The notes under the pieces: generated by a model
What the model was told of the DNA's origin: nothing
The model's database searches: none
Seen by the model: the letters and a program-made list of their open reading frames with translations, nothing else
In this document: positions 30,047-39,973 of the stretch, in pieces
Layout of the letters: each line of letters opens with the position of its first letter
Position numbering within the stretch: the stretch's first letter is position 1
Position numbers and translations under genes: made by a program
Source: Cyanobacteria bacterium J06626_4
Lineage (GTDB): Bacteria > Cyanobacteriota > Cyanobacteriia > Phormidesmidales > Phormidesmidaceae
Length of the DNA stretch: 64,000 nt
Direction: 5' to 3'
Assembly (NCBI GenBank): GCA_038523235.1
Contig: JBCBJQ010000009.1
Span: 1 to 64,000 of the forward strand

Positions 30047-31468
30047 ATGACAGTCGCACCCTCACGGTCGAATACCCTCCCGCAATATTCCCCTATTCTT
30101 CGTGCCCTCAAAACTGGCCAGCGCCTGGCTCGCCAGACCAATGCTGAGCGCATTGCTAGCCTGTCGTTTCCCCTGCCGCAGCTAGATCCGCTCGCCGTCT
30201 TGTTGACCTTACCGACAGCGGGTCAGCGTCAGTGCTATTTTGAATCGCCTTCGCGGGGGCAGGCGATCGCCGCTTGGGATGCCTTAATTGACGAAAGCTT
30301 TAGTGGCCGCGATCGCTTCCAGGCGGCTCGTCATTCGTTAGAAACCTGGCAGGCGCGGGTCAAGTCTTTGCCGGACCGGCGCGAAGGGCCGTATTTTTTC
30401 TGCAGTTTTTCGTTTTTTGACACCCTAACGCCAGCGCTGGCAGGGTTTGCCCCCGCCACACTATTGCTCACCCGCTGGCAAGTCGTGCGCCACCGGCACC
30501 GCTGCACGCTAATCGCCAATGTGCGACTCAGTCCCCAGACGCGGCTCGCGCCTCTCGCCCGCACCATCGCGGAGCAGGTGGGTAAGCTCCAGGCATTTAC
30601 CCCGGCTCAGCGGCCCGTTGAGTTAGCGGGCTGGGGCGAGTCTGATCTACAGCCCCAGCTGTCTGACCCGGTGCGGCTGGCCCTGCAGCAAAAGGTGCGT
30701 CAAACCTTGAGCGCCATTGATGCCCAGCAGTTGCAAAAACAGGTCATTGCCCATGCGCTAGATGTGACGCGGCCTGACGCCTTTCAGCGCGAGATCGCAC
30801 TACCGCGGCTGCGATCTCGCTATCCCGACTGCTACATTTTTTCTTTCTCTGGTGCCCACGACAGTCACTTTATCGGGGCCAGCCCCGAACGACTGCTCAG
30901 CATTCGTCAAGGCCGTTTAGTTACCGATGCGTTGGCGGGGTCAGCCCCGCGCGGCCAGACCGCCGCCGCCGATTTTGCCCTGGGCCAACAGCTACTCAAT
31001 ACCCCCAAGGAGCAGCGGGAGCATCAGCTGGTTTTAGACTTCATCGTGCGACAGCTAGAAGCCGCCGGCCTGACCCCCTGCTACAGCACCCCGCCTGGCC
31101 TGTTACGCCTTTCCAACATTCAGCATCTGCATACGCCGATTGGCGCGGACTTGCCTCGTCAACTCTCACCGCTCGCCCTGGTGGAATCTTTACACCCGAC
31201 CCCAGCGGTGGCGGGGGTACCGACCCGCGCTGCCTGTGAGCTAATTCGTCAGAGTGAAACGTGCGATCGCGGACTGTATGCCGCCCCGCTAGGCTGGGTC
31301 GATCCCTACGGCAACAGCGAGTTTATCGTCGGTATTCGCTCGGCCCTCATTCAAAATCAGCAGGCACGACTCTATGCGGGGGCGGGCATTGTCGCTGGCT
31401 CTGATCCGGAAAAAGAACTGGCGGAAATTCAGCTGAAGCTGCAGGCGCTAGCAAACGCCTTGGGGTAG
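30047..31468 (+). CDS. menF: Isochorismate synthase
   Basis: FIGASPERL, ALAGSAPRG, KEQREH, QHLHTP, LHPTPAVAG, RGLYAAPLGW, YAGAGIV. Confidence 0.92.
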   Translation: MTVAPSRSNTLPQYSPILRALKTGQRLARQTNAERIASLSFPLPQLDPLAVLLTLPTAGQRQCYFESPSRGQAIAAWDALIDESFSGRDRFQAARHSLETWQARVKSLPDRREGPYFFCSFSFFDTLTPALAGFAPATLLLTRWQVVRHRHRCTLIANVRLSPQTRLAPLARTIAEQVGKLQAFTPAQRPVELAGWGESDLQPQLSDPVRLALQQKVRQTLSAIDAQQLQKQVIAHALDVTRPDAFQREIALPRLRSRYPDCYIFSFSGAHDSHFIGASPERLLSIRQGRLVTDALAGSAPRGQTAAADFALGQQLLNTPKEQREHQLVLDFIVRQLEAAGLTPCYSTPPGLLRLSNIQHLHTPIGADLPRQLSPLALVESLHPTPAVAGVPTRAACELIRQSETCDRGLYAAPLGWVDPYGNSEFIVGIRSALIQNQQARLYAGAGIVAGSDPEKELAEIQLKLQALANALG

Positions 31469-31566
31469 CGCCTGCCGTGGAAAATCCTGGTGAATCAAAG
31501 CGGCGAGCGATCGGTGATCGCTATACGTCAGTCTCAACCCATTGCCAAACCTTGGATCAGTCAGAA

Positions 31567-32406
31567 ATGCAGAAAGGTTTGCCCGTCTATCAGGCTCGCC
31601 GGGTGGTCTCGTCTCAGCGACGAGGTAGCTCGCGTCCCGTGGTAGTAGAAACGGCAGCGGGTTATTTTTTCACCAAGCTCAGGGGCGCAGCGCAGGGTAC
31701 CGCCGCTTTAGTCGCCGAGATTGTGGTGGCCGCGTTGGCCGAAGCCTTGGATTTGTGGGTGCCCGCTCAGGCTCTCATTGTGATCGACGCGGCCACCCCC
31801 AGCGACGATCAAGAAGATGAATTGCTCGATCTCCTCAGCGCCAGCAGCGGCCTCAACTTAGGGTTTCAATACCTACCGGGAGCCCGAGATCTTCGGCCCA
31901 ACGAGATTGAGGCAGTTGACGAGGCGTTGGCCTGCCAGGTGCTCTGGCTCGATAGTTTGGTCATGAATGTCGATCGCCGCCGCCATAATCCCAATCTCAT
32001 GTGGTACCAAGGTCAGCTCTGGCTGATTGACCATGGGGCGGCGTTGCCCTTTCAGTACAACTGGACAGCCGTGAGGGAACATTCGCCTCGGCAGGAGCAA
32101 TATGCGATGGCTCAACATCTCTTTTGGCCCCGCGCCCAGACGCTAGATCAGTGGGATGAGTCCCTGGCAGCAAAACTTTCTGCCCCTGTGCTACAAGCGG
32201 CGATCGCGAAAATTCCTGATTGCTTTTTAGCACCGCTACTCGCGTCACCCCAGCCTGCTTCTGCTGACCAACTTGAACGACGCCGGCAAGCCTATGCGGC
32301 ATTTTTGTGGAAGCGGCTGAAGTCTCCCCGACCGTTTATGAATACCTGGCTAGCCCACCATTCTCAGGCGCACGAATCGGCGCAGGGCGATCGCCAAGAG
32401 CTTTGA
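31567..32406 (+). CDS. HipA-like Ser/Thr kinase
   Basis: GSSRP, TKLRGAAQG...LVAE, WLDSLVMNVDRRRHNPNL, LWLIDHGAAL; start set to ATG 31567. Confidence 0.82.
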   Translation: MQKGLPVYQARRVVSSQRRGSSRPVVVETAAGYFFTKLRGAAQGTAALVAEIVVAALAEALDLWVPAQALIVIDAATPSDDQEDELLDLLSASSGLNLGFQYLPGARDLRPNEIEAVDEALACQVLWLDSLVMNVDRRRHNPNLMWYQGQLWLIDHGAALPFQYNWTAVREHSPRQEQYAMAQHLFWPRAQTLDQWDESLAAKLSAPVLQAAIAKIPDCFLAPLLASPQPASADQLERRRQAYAAFLWKRLKSPRPFMNTWLAHHSQAHESAQGDRQEL

Positions 32407-32513
32407 TGACTGTTTAGCCTTACTGCGATCGCTACCTCACGTTAAAAAGCTCGCTAAGGATTGGGGAGCGATTATCGTTGCTACCATTTCAGGGGTATTT
32501 GAGTGTCATTCCA

Positions 32514-33104
32514 ATGAGCAACGATTCTGTTTCAGAGCCGTTTCCATATCTTGAGACGGAACGGCTGTGGCTGCGGCAAACCACCTTAGAAGATGGCCCA
32601 GATATCTTTGCTGTGTTTGCCGATCCAAAGGTTACTGAATTTCACAACCTGGAAACATTCCAGACGCTTGGTGAAGCACTCAAAGTAATTGAGCGTAGAA
32701 TCGAAATCTTTAGCGATGGACACGGCATACGCTGGGGAATTGAACTCAAGGCAACCCAACATATCGTTGGTTCTTGCGGGTTTTCGTGGCATCCAGATCC
32801 AGCGATCAAGGGCGCTGAGATGGGTTATGAGCTAGCCAGTGGGCTTTGGCGACAAGGCATCATGAGTGAAGCGTTATCGGCAATTCTACGATATGGGTTC
32901 GAGACGAAAGAACTGAGCTTCGTCATTGCCCAGGTGATGCTAGACAACGTAGCGTCTAAAAAATTGCTGGAGACACTTGGCTTTGAGAGTCAGAAAATTA
33001 TCCAGCAGGGCGGCTTCTGGAAAGGGCAGCACCACGACTTAGAGCAGTTCGTGCTAGAGAAGTCTGATTTTGCCTTCTCAGCTGCCCGCCGCACGAATCA
33101 ATAG
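32514..33104 (+). CDS. GNAT (RimJ/RimL-type) N-acetyltransferase
   Basis: LETERLWLR, AEMGYEL...WRQGIMSEAL, NVASKKLLETLGF. Confidence 0.9.
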   Translation: MSNDSVSEPFPYLETERLWLRQTTLEDGPDIFAVFADPKVTEFHNLETFQTLGEALKVIERRIEIFSDGHGIRWGIELKATQHIVGSCGFSWHPDPAIKGAEMGYELASGLWRQGIMSEALSAILRYGFETKELSFVIAQVMLDNVASKKLLETLGFESQKIIQQGGFWKGQHHDLEQFVLEKSDFAFSAARRTNQ

Positions 33105-33411
33105 TTTTGTCCTAAAACCTTCAGACACTCGCCATCGCGCAACCGGCGTCTTTTCTCGCGATATATCGCCTTGTGGAGGATGCTGCTGTTGAAAGGTATT
33201 CACTGTTGACTGATTTGCACCTGAAGAAATCGGACGCGATTTGAGGACAATGCTTGCTAACGTTCAGCCGGAACCAAATTCACCTAAACGCTAACGGCAT
33301 ACTGCAAACACAGTTACGAAAGCTGAATTTTAGTACCCAATGCGACTCTGCCCCTTTTAGAGTCGAAACGAAGACGTAAGCAGATCCCCTCCCCCGCTGA
33401 GGCCTGAACCC

Positions 33412-33900
33412 ATGACCCAAAGCCCTTCTCTGCCCTTAGCCGAGGCTGACTCCCAGGCTTGCAAAATCCCCATTGTCAAAACTCATCAAGAGTATCAAGT
33501 CTTTCGCATTAGCCCCGAAGACCGCAATCGGCTGGCAATTGTGTTTGATCCTAAAACCGCCGATGTGTCGCTGACCTACTGCGTAGAAATTTTTGAAGCA
33601 GGGGGTGAAACGCCCTCCCATCGCCACAACGCGGCAGTAGAGATGTTCTATGTGCTGAAGGGTGAGGGCGAAGCGGTCTGCGATGGTAAAACCGTGCCAC
33701 TGCACACCGGCGACAGCATTTTGATTCCTAACAGCGGCACCCATGAAGTGCGCAATGTGGGGCGCGATCGCCTCTATATGCTCTGCATCATGGTGCCGAA
33801 CGAAGACTTTGCTGAACTCATTCGCAATGGGGTACCCGATCAGCTAGATGAAGAAGATCTGCGCGTCCTCAGCCGTCAAGATATGCTGGTGTCCTGCTGA
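33412..33900 (+). CDS. Cupin domain protein
   Basis: PSHRHNAAVEMFYVLKGEG and GDSILIPNSGTH metal-binding cupin motifs. Confidence 0.88.
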   Translation: MTQSPSLPLAEADSQACKIPIVKTHQEYQVFRISPEDRNRLAIVFDPKTADVSLTYCVEIFEAGGETPSHRHNAAVEMFYVLKGEGEAVCDGKTVPLHTGDSILIPNSGTHEVRNVGRDRLYMLCIMVPNEDFAELIRNGVPDQLDEEDLRVLSRQDMLVSC

Positions 33901-34074
33901 GCGCACGTTTGGTATCTGCTGCAGAAGTGACGAATACCGGTCATGAGAGGGGACGAGTAGCCGGTAAAGTGAAGGCCGTTACCGCTCTGACCATAGTGGA
34001 CAAGATCTCCAGTTTCTCGAGCTAATCCGAAAGGAGCCGATTTGCCTAACTGAAACCGGAGATCGAGCCAATAC

Positions 34075-36333
34075 TCAAGACTCGGCCTGTTGAATCAAAT
34101 TGGCGGTGACTTCTAAAGCAGTGACATCGACAGAGATGGCCGTTAATCCTTGCTGAATCGCTGCTCTCACTGCTTCTGGGTGGTGAATCGGGGAAGTACC
34201 ACAGAGGCAGCAAGCAATCTGCAGTTGCTGAGCAGATTGCATCAGCTGCGCGATCGCGCCCTGTACCGCCGGGTGCGTTTCATCAAAATGGGCGGAAAAT
34301 AGCTGCTGATCGCGATCGATGCCCAACAGCAGCTGAGTCAGGTCATGGGTGCCAATGGCGATACCCTGCACACCTGCCGCGACATATTCCGGCAATAAAA
34401 ACAGCACTGACGGCACTTCAGCCATGATCCACAGCTCAAAGTCAGGCTGCTGATCAAGGCCGATGGCCTGCACCTGGGCTTGACAGTCGGTGAACTCAGC
34501 CACCGTGCGAACAAAAGGTAAGAGCAGCTGCACGTTGTGGTAGCCCTCATCTTGCAAGCGCTTGAGCAGCTGGAGCTCTAATTGAAAGAAGCCGGGCTGT
34601 TGCCCATAGCTAAACGTGCCTCGGAGGCCCAGCATGGGGTTGGCTTCGACCGGGGGAGCTCCCATGAGCTGGGCAAACTCGCTGGTGCGAATGTCAAGGC
34701 TGCGATAGCGCACGGGGCGGGGGGCAAAGGCGGCTAAAATCGGGCGCAGTTGCCCGAGCAGTCGTTCCAACAAGACGTCCTGTTGGCCCTGAGCAATCCA
34801 CTGGTAGGGATGCAACCGCTCTAACACTGGCAGCATCAACCATTCTGCTCGCAGTAATCCCACCCCGGCCACCGGCAGGGCCGCAGTGGTCGCCGCCAGA
34901 TCTGGCTGACTCAGATTGAGCCAGATAGCGGTTTTCGAGGAGACATTCAGCGTGGCGGGGGACAGGGCTGATGGCTCCGCTGCTGACTCTGCTGGTAGCT
35001 CAGGTAACGCTTTGATCAAGCCGCGATCGCCATCAATATGTAACCCTTCCCCCGGTTGAAAGCGCTGAGTGGCATCGGCCACGCCGACAATGGCCGGTAG
35101 CCCCAATTCACGAGCCAACACCGCCGCATGGGACGTCAGCCCCCCGCGCTCCGAAATAATGCCAGCGGCGGTCTTTAATAGCGGCAGCCATTCTGGCATC
35201 ACTTCAGCGGTGATGACAATCTGATGGTGGGCGGAGACGGGCAGAGGCGTCTCCGCACTCAAAATTAACGCTCGCCCCTGCCCTTGCCCTGGCGCGGCAG
35301 CGTGTCCGGTGAGCGGTTCATCAGTGGCAGAGGTGACCGTCGAGGTGGCAAAGGGCTGCAGCGGCCACCAACCAGCTTGAGTAATGTGCAGCGTGCGACT
35401 GGGGGCGATCAGGCTCCATTCAATTTGCAGGGGGCGCTCAGTCCAAGTGCCCAACCACTTCGCTAAGGTCCAGAGTCGACGCTCCAGGCTGTCGTCGATG
35501 ACAGCCCGCGTCGGCTGTGTCAGCAGCGTCCGCTGTAGGCAGTTATCAATTAAAAATGTGGGTGAGGCCGAGTCACGATCGCCCAGCCGATAGCCCTGTT
35601 CTTGATAGCCTGCCTGCCAGGTAAACTGTGGCCCTAGCGGCAATTTGCCCTCATAGGTGGCGGGACAAACCTCGGGCATCGCGGCGATCGGTCCCTGCAC
35701 GGCGGCGATCGCGACCGTCTCGGCAGAGCGCACCGTTAATGTGCCCGAGACGGCGGTGGGGGCGACGGCTTGCACCACAATCGCGACTTCTACTTGGGTC
35801 GGATAGGCCCCCCAGGAAGCCGGTTGAGTCGCCGCCCACTGGCTCCAGAAGGCTAAACTCTTCGCGCTTAAAACCGCCATCCAAAGCTGTTTAACAGCGG
35901 CGTCTAAAGCCTCGGGCTCAGCCCAGCAAAAAGGACTTTCGAGGATGTGGGCAAAGGGCGCAATGGCCACCGTTTCACTGCACCACAATGAGGGAATCAG
36001 CCGCACCACGGGGCTGTCAATGTCAGCTAAGAGATCCGACCAGGGCAACGCTAAGGGCAAAGTGAGCAGCGGCCGACGGAGACGTTTGGCCAGATTTTGG
36101 ACAGAGTAGCCGGTGGCGCTGGCGTGTTGCCACAGCAGTTGTGGCCAATCCGCATAAATTGGCTCGCGGGTCACCAGCTTTTGCATCGATTGTTGAAAAC
36201 AGTCAGCCGTAATCACCCAACTGGGGGCAATCGGTTGCCCTGACGCTTGCAGCTGATGCAGTAAATAACCCGCTTCGCCGATTTGACACGGCTGCGGGTC
36301 GGCAAGCGTTTTCAGGGAAGCAAACCGCGACAT
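34075..36333 (-). CDS. PEP-synthase/PPDK-like protein (PEP-utilising His domain plus C-terminal PEP-binding barrel, degenerate N-terminus)
   Basis: GGLTSHAAVLARELG, GVGLLRAE, EANPMLGLRG, MAEVPS, GTHDLTQ. Confidence 0.85.
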   Translation of the reverse strand: MSRFASLKTLADPQPCQIGEAGYLLHQLQASGQPIAPSWVITADCFQQSMQKLVTREPIYADWPQLLWQHASATGYSVQNLAKRLRRPLLTLPLALPWSDLLADIDSPVVRLIPSLWCSETVAIAPFAHILESPFCWAEPEALDAAVKQLWMAVLSAKSLAFWSQWAATQPASWGAYPTQVEVAIVVQAVAPTAVSGTLTVRSAETVAIAAVQGPIAAMPEVCPATYEGKLPLGPQFTWQAGYQEQGYRLGDRDSASPTFLIDNCLQRTLLTQPTRAVIDDSLERRLWTLAKWLGTWTERPLQIEWSLIAPSRTLHITQAGWWPLQPFATSTVTSATDEPLTGHAAAPGQGQGRALILSAETPLPVSAHHQIVITAEVMPEWLPLLKTAAGIISERGGLTSHAAVLARELGLPAIVGVADATQRFQPGEGLHIDGDRGLIKALPELPAESAAEPSALSPATLNVSSKTAIWLNLSQPDLAATTAALPVAGVGLLRAEWLMLPVLERLHPYQWIAQGQQDVLLERLLGQLRPILAAFAPRPVRYRSLDIRTSEFAQLMGAPPVEANPMLGLRGTFSYGQQPGFFQLELQLLKRLQDEGYHNVQLLLPFVRTVAEFTDCQAQVQAIGLDQQPDFELWIMAEVPSVLFLLPEYVAAGVQGIAIGTHDLTQLLLGIDRDQQLFSAHFDETHPAVQGAIAQLMQSAQQLQIACCLCGTSPIHHPEAVRAAIQQGLTAISVDVTALEVTANLIQQAES

Positions 36334-36767
36334 AAAGACCCAAAATCAGGAGGTCAGTGCAGGCTCAAAGCAACTCAGGTGATCGCCGTAACGAGGCCTG
36401 CTGACCAGGCGCTGAAAGCTGACTCATCAACTCATACATCGGAGAAGATGACTAAGTCTAAGGGGAAATCACGGCAATCTTGGGCAGTCTTCTCATTGTT
36501 TTTACCCTGTGCTCTCAAAGTCGTCCCTTTGCACAATGGAAACAGGTCCCGTTGCGGGTAATCCCGATTTTCTGAAAAAAGACGACAACTTGCCTCCCGA
36601 TCTAGCGGCTCCCCAGCGCAGCCAAATGACCTTAGGCTAGGCATCCTGAGACTGAGAAGGCCCCTATTGATCGCGATCGCACAGCCAACTCCAGAACGGC
36701 GGCTTCATCTCACCGGACAGCCGTGACGGCGCTGCCCCGCTAAACTTCCCCTTAGGGCGAAATCATC

Positions 36768-37514
36768 ATGCTGACCCAGTCCTGGCAAACCCTGGCCAAC
36801 CTATTTCTGCAGCAAACCTGCCCGCTGTGTGATCGCGCCACGCCTCAACCGCTGTGCGCTAACTGCTGGCACCAGCTTCAACCGGGAGGCAATACGCGTC
36901 CGCCTCAGCCTCCGACAGATGCTCTACCACTCGTAACCTGGGGGGTTTATGAGGGTGCGTTAAAACGGGCGATCGCCGCCCTCAAATATCACGGTCAGCC
37001 CCAGCTAGCGATGCCCTTGGGGCAGGCGCTGGGGCAACACTGGCAGCAGTTTCCCCTTAAAACGGCGCGATCGCCTTTGGTGGTGCCCATTCCCATGCAT
37101 GCCGAAAAGCAGCGGCAGCGAGGCTTTAACCAAGCCGAGTTATTGGCCAAAGCCTTTTGCCAACAAACCGGTTTATCGCTGGTGTGCCAAGGGCTCGTGC
37201 GTCGTAAGGTGACCACCCCCCAATTTGGCTTAGGCCTGCAGGCACGACAGCAGAACTTAGCCGGAGCCTTTATCGTTGGCCCCGCCTTAAACCAACGCCG
37301 CCCAACGCGTCCGGTGCTACTGCTCGACGACATTTACACCACCGGCACCACGGTCAGAGTGGCGGCGGCGGAGCTACGACGCTGGGGCATTTCAGTCTGT
37401 GGGGTAGTCACCTTGGCCAGTGCCGTGCTGGAGAAATCACGCCAGAGGAGCGATTGTCCGGTAGATGCTGACCGCCGCCGATTGTCCCGCTCCACCGCCC
37501 CGCCGCCGCTCTGA
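36768..37514 (+). CDS. comF: ComF family amidophosphoribosyltransferase-like competence protein
   Basis: CPLC...CANC zinc ribbon, RGFNQAELLA, LLLDDIYTTGTT. Confidence 0.9.
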   Translation: MLTQSWQTLANLFLQQTCPLCDRATPQPLCANCWHQLQPGGNTRPPQPPTDALPLVTWGVYEGALKRAIAALKYHGQPQLAMPLGQALGQHWQQFPLKTARSPLVVPIPMHAEKQRQRGFNQAELLAKAFCQQTGLSLVCQGLVRRKVTTPQFGLGLQARQQNLAGAFIVGPALNQRRPTRPVLLLDDIYTTGTTVRVAAAELRRWGISVCGVVTLASAVLEKSRQRSDCPVDADRRRLSRSTAPPPL

Positions 37515-37694
37515 TTTTCACCAAGATGGCACCATCCCCGCTTGACGGGCGGGAGGAACCGGCGCGGGCAGTGATCGCGGTAAGCCTATGAGCCATTAGG
37601 CTTTGCCACACTTGGCGAGCGGCCATCATCTCGCGGCAAAGCCTCTACAATCGAGGGCAGGTGATCGCTGTTTCCCCGTTGAGTCTGTCGCGCT

Positions 37695-38768
37695 ATGGCT
37701 GGCCGTCGTCCTGGTTCCTCGATTTCTGACACGCTCATCGAAACCACCTATCGCCGAGCGCGACAACATTTGATCTGGGGCGCCATCGCCCTAGGCGGCG
37801 TCGTGCTGTCAGGCATTCTTTGGTACAAGCTGGTCGAAGGGTGGACCTGGCTGGATGCGATCTATATGTCAGTCATCACGCTGGCCAGCGTTGGCTTTGC
37901 GGAGGTGCGCCCCTTGGGCTCCCGAGGACGCATCTTCACCATCGTGCTGATTTTGATGGGCGTGGTGGTGATTGGCTATATTTTGAATTCGTTTTCCGAA
38001 GCTCTGATTCAAGGGCACTTTCAGGCGGGTATTCGACTGAGGCAGCGCCGCAAGCTTATGGATTCTCTGACTAATCACTACATTATTTGTGGGTTTGGCC
38101 GTACGGGCCGACAAGTCGCCATGGAGTTCTCCCTAGAGCGGATTCCGTTTATTGTCGTGGACTCTGACGATCATTCAATTCAGGCCGCCCAGCAAATGGG
38201 ATTTATCACCTATCAAGGCGATGCCACCCAAGATCAGGTGCTTCAGCGCGTCGGCGTGGAGCGGGCCATTTGCTTGGTGGCAGCCCTGCCCTCTGACGCC
38301 GAAAATCTGTACACCGTATTGTCAGCAAAGACTCTGGCTCCACAGATTCGGACGATCTCACGGGCCAGCACCGAAGAGGCCGTGCAAAAGCTACAGCGAG
38401 GCGGGGCCGACGTGGTGATTTCGCCTTACATCACTGGGGGCAAGCGCATGGCAGCGGCGGCCCTGCGACCGCAGGTGGTGGATTTTTTGGAAGGTATTTT
38501 GTCGGGGGGTGATCGCGCCGTCTATGTCGAAGAATTTTTGATCGCACCAGAGCATTGTCCTAAGGTGGGCCAAACCTTGGGACAGACGGAGCTCCGGTCA
38601 AAATCAGGGGCGCTGATCTTGGCCATCCGCCGCGCCGATAACACGCTCATTGTGGGCCCCAATGCCGATACCATCATCTGCGCCGGCGACTTGGTCATCG
38701 GCATGGGCACCTCAGATGAGCTGCGCCTGCTCAATCAAATTTTGAGTCCACTCCGCCGCTACCGTTAA
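37695..38768 (+). CDS. Potassium channel with TrkA-N/TrkA-C (RCK) domains
   Basis: Two TM helices around a pore-loop-like TLASVGFAE, ICGFGRTG, GDAT, GADVVISPY. Confidence 0.9.
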   Translation: MAGRRPGSSISDTLIETTYRRARQHLIWGAIALGGVVLSGILWYKLVEGWTWLDAIYMSVITLASVGFAEVRPLGSRGRIFTIVLILMGVVVIGYILNSFSEALIQGHFQAGIRLRQRRKLMDSLTNHYIICGFGRTGRQVAMEFSLERIPFIVVDSDDHSIQAAQQMGFITYQGDATQDQVLQRVGVERAICLVAALPSDAENLYTVLSAKTLAPQIRTISRASTEEAVQKLQRGGADVVISPYITGGKRMAAAALRPQVVDFLEGILSGGDRAVYVEEFLIAPEHCPKVGQTLGQTELRSKSGALILAIRRADNTLIVGPNADTIICAGDLVIGMGTSDELRLLNQILSPLRRYR

Positions 38769-38944
38769 TTAATGACGCGCCTGGCCAAGACGATCGCTGA
38801 CTGTTAGCATCAGAGGCGCCAGCAACGTCGTGCGAGCATCCTGAACCGCTACTCTAAAATCAGTCTCCGAATCGCGATCGCCAATAACCGTCTTAGCTGA
38901 TCGAAATCGCCCGTCTCACCCAGTGCCGGCCCTAGGTATCACCG

Positions 38945-39379
38945 ATGCAAATTGCCTTCTCTACTGCCTTTAGCGGCTTGCTAGCAAGCCGTCCCACCTG
39001 TTTATCGATTACGGGAGCTATCGGCCTACATGGCTTCCTGCTGGCCTTAGGGCTGCCCAGTTGGCAATGTCCGATTCGGCATGGGTTAGGCCTGCCCTGC
39101 CCGGGCTGTGGGTTGTCGCGGGCCATGATTAGCGGCTTCCACGGTGACTGGCAGCAAGCCCTGTTGATCCACGCCTTTGCCCCGGTAGCGATCGCGGCCC
39201 TCCTGTTGATTATGGTGAGTGCCCTGCTGCCAACCGGCTGGCGGGGTGCCCTAGTCGGCGGCGTCCGCACCTTAGAAACCCATACCGGCATCACCTTCTT
39301 TTTGCTGACGGGGCTCATAGTTTACTGGCTGGTCAGACTCTTATTTTTTCACGACATCCTCTACGGCCTGGTGATGTAG
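38945..39379 (+). CDS. DUF2752 family membrane protein
   Basis: CPIRHGLGLPCPGCGLSRA motif plus TM helices. Confidence 0.85.
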   Translation: MQIAFSTAFSGLLASRPTCLSITGAIGLHGFLLALGLPSWQCPIRHGLGLPCPGCGLSRAMISGFHGDWQQALLIHAFAPVAIAALLLIMVSALLPTGWRGALVGGVRTLETHTGITFFLLTGLIVYWLVRLLFFHDILYGLVM

Positions 39380-39539
39380 TATTTGTAACTCAAAGCCTAT
39401 GTAATTACCCCTTATCAAAGGGGGATGGATTGCCTTCTATCGTTACCATATATTTCAGCATGAGAAGAATTTGCCAAATGTTGATGCCAGGGGCTGTATA
39501 GCTCTTTAGAGTGACTATGGAAATTGAGGCCAACTAAAA

Positions 39540-39806
39540 ATGTTAGCTATTCTGAGTTTATTAGGAATCGCTGCCAGCATCGGCAGCTTGGTGTGTTTGA
39601 TTTTAGTCTTACTGAAGCTGTTTCCCGACAAAGGGGTAGGCTGGGGAATCTTCGGCATCATTTGTGGTCTGTACACATTTATCTGGGGCTGGCAAAACGC
39701 TGAACGCCACGGGATTCAGCAAATTATGCTGATTTGGACAGCCTGCTTTGTAGGCAGCATTGTCATCAATGTCCTGGTCAGTGTCATGGCAAGTGCCAAT
39801 CTATAA
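39540..39806 (+). CDS. Small hypothetical membrane protein
   Basis: 88-aa ORF with three hydrophobic segments and GAGG upstream. Confidence 0.7.
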   Translation: MLAILSLLGIAASIGSLVCLILVLLKLFPDKGVGWGIFGIICGLYTFIWGWQNAERHGIQQIMLIWTACFVGSIVINVLVSVMASANL

Positions 39807-39868
39807 ACCGTTGGTGATGGTTGCCGTTTCACCCACCAATCATAGGCCAGCTGCCTGAAGCAAGTCCT

Positions 39869-39903
39869 TACAGGACTGAGACACCACCTACTCAAGTCCT
39901 GTA
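39869..39903. terminator. Hairpin between convergent genes
   Basis: TACAGGACT-GAG...CTC-A-AGTCCTGTA. Confidence 0.45.
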
Positions 39904-39973
39904 GGGATTACGCATATCTAGAGCACTTCATCAGGTAATTGCCAAAACCTTGTGAGACCAGCATTGGCAGGGT

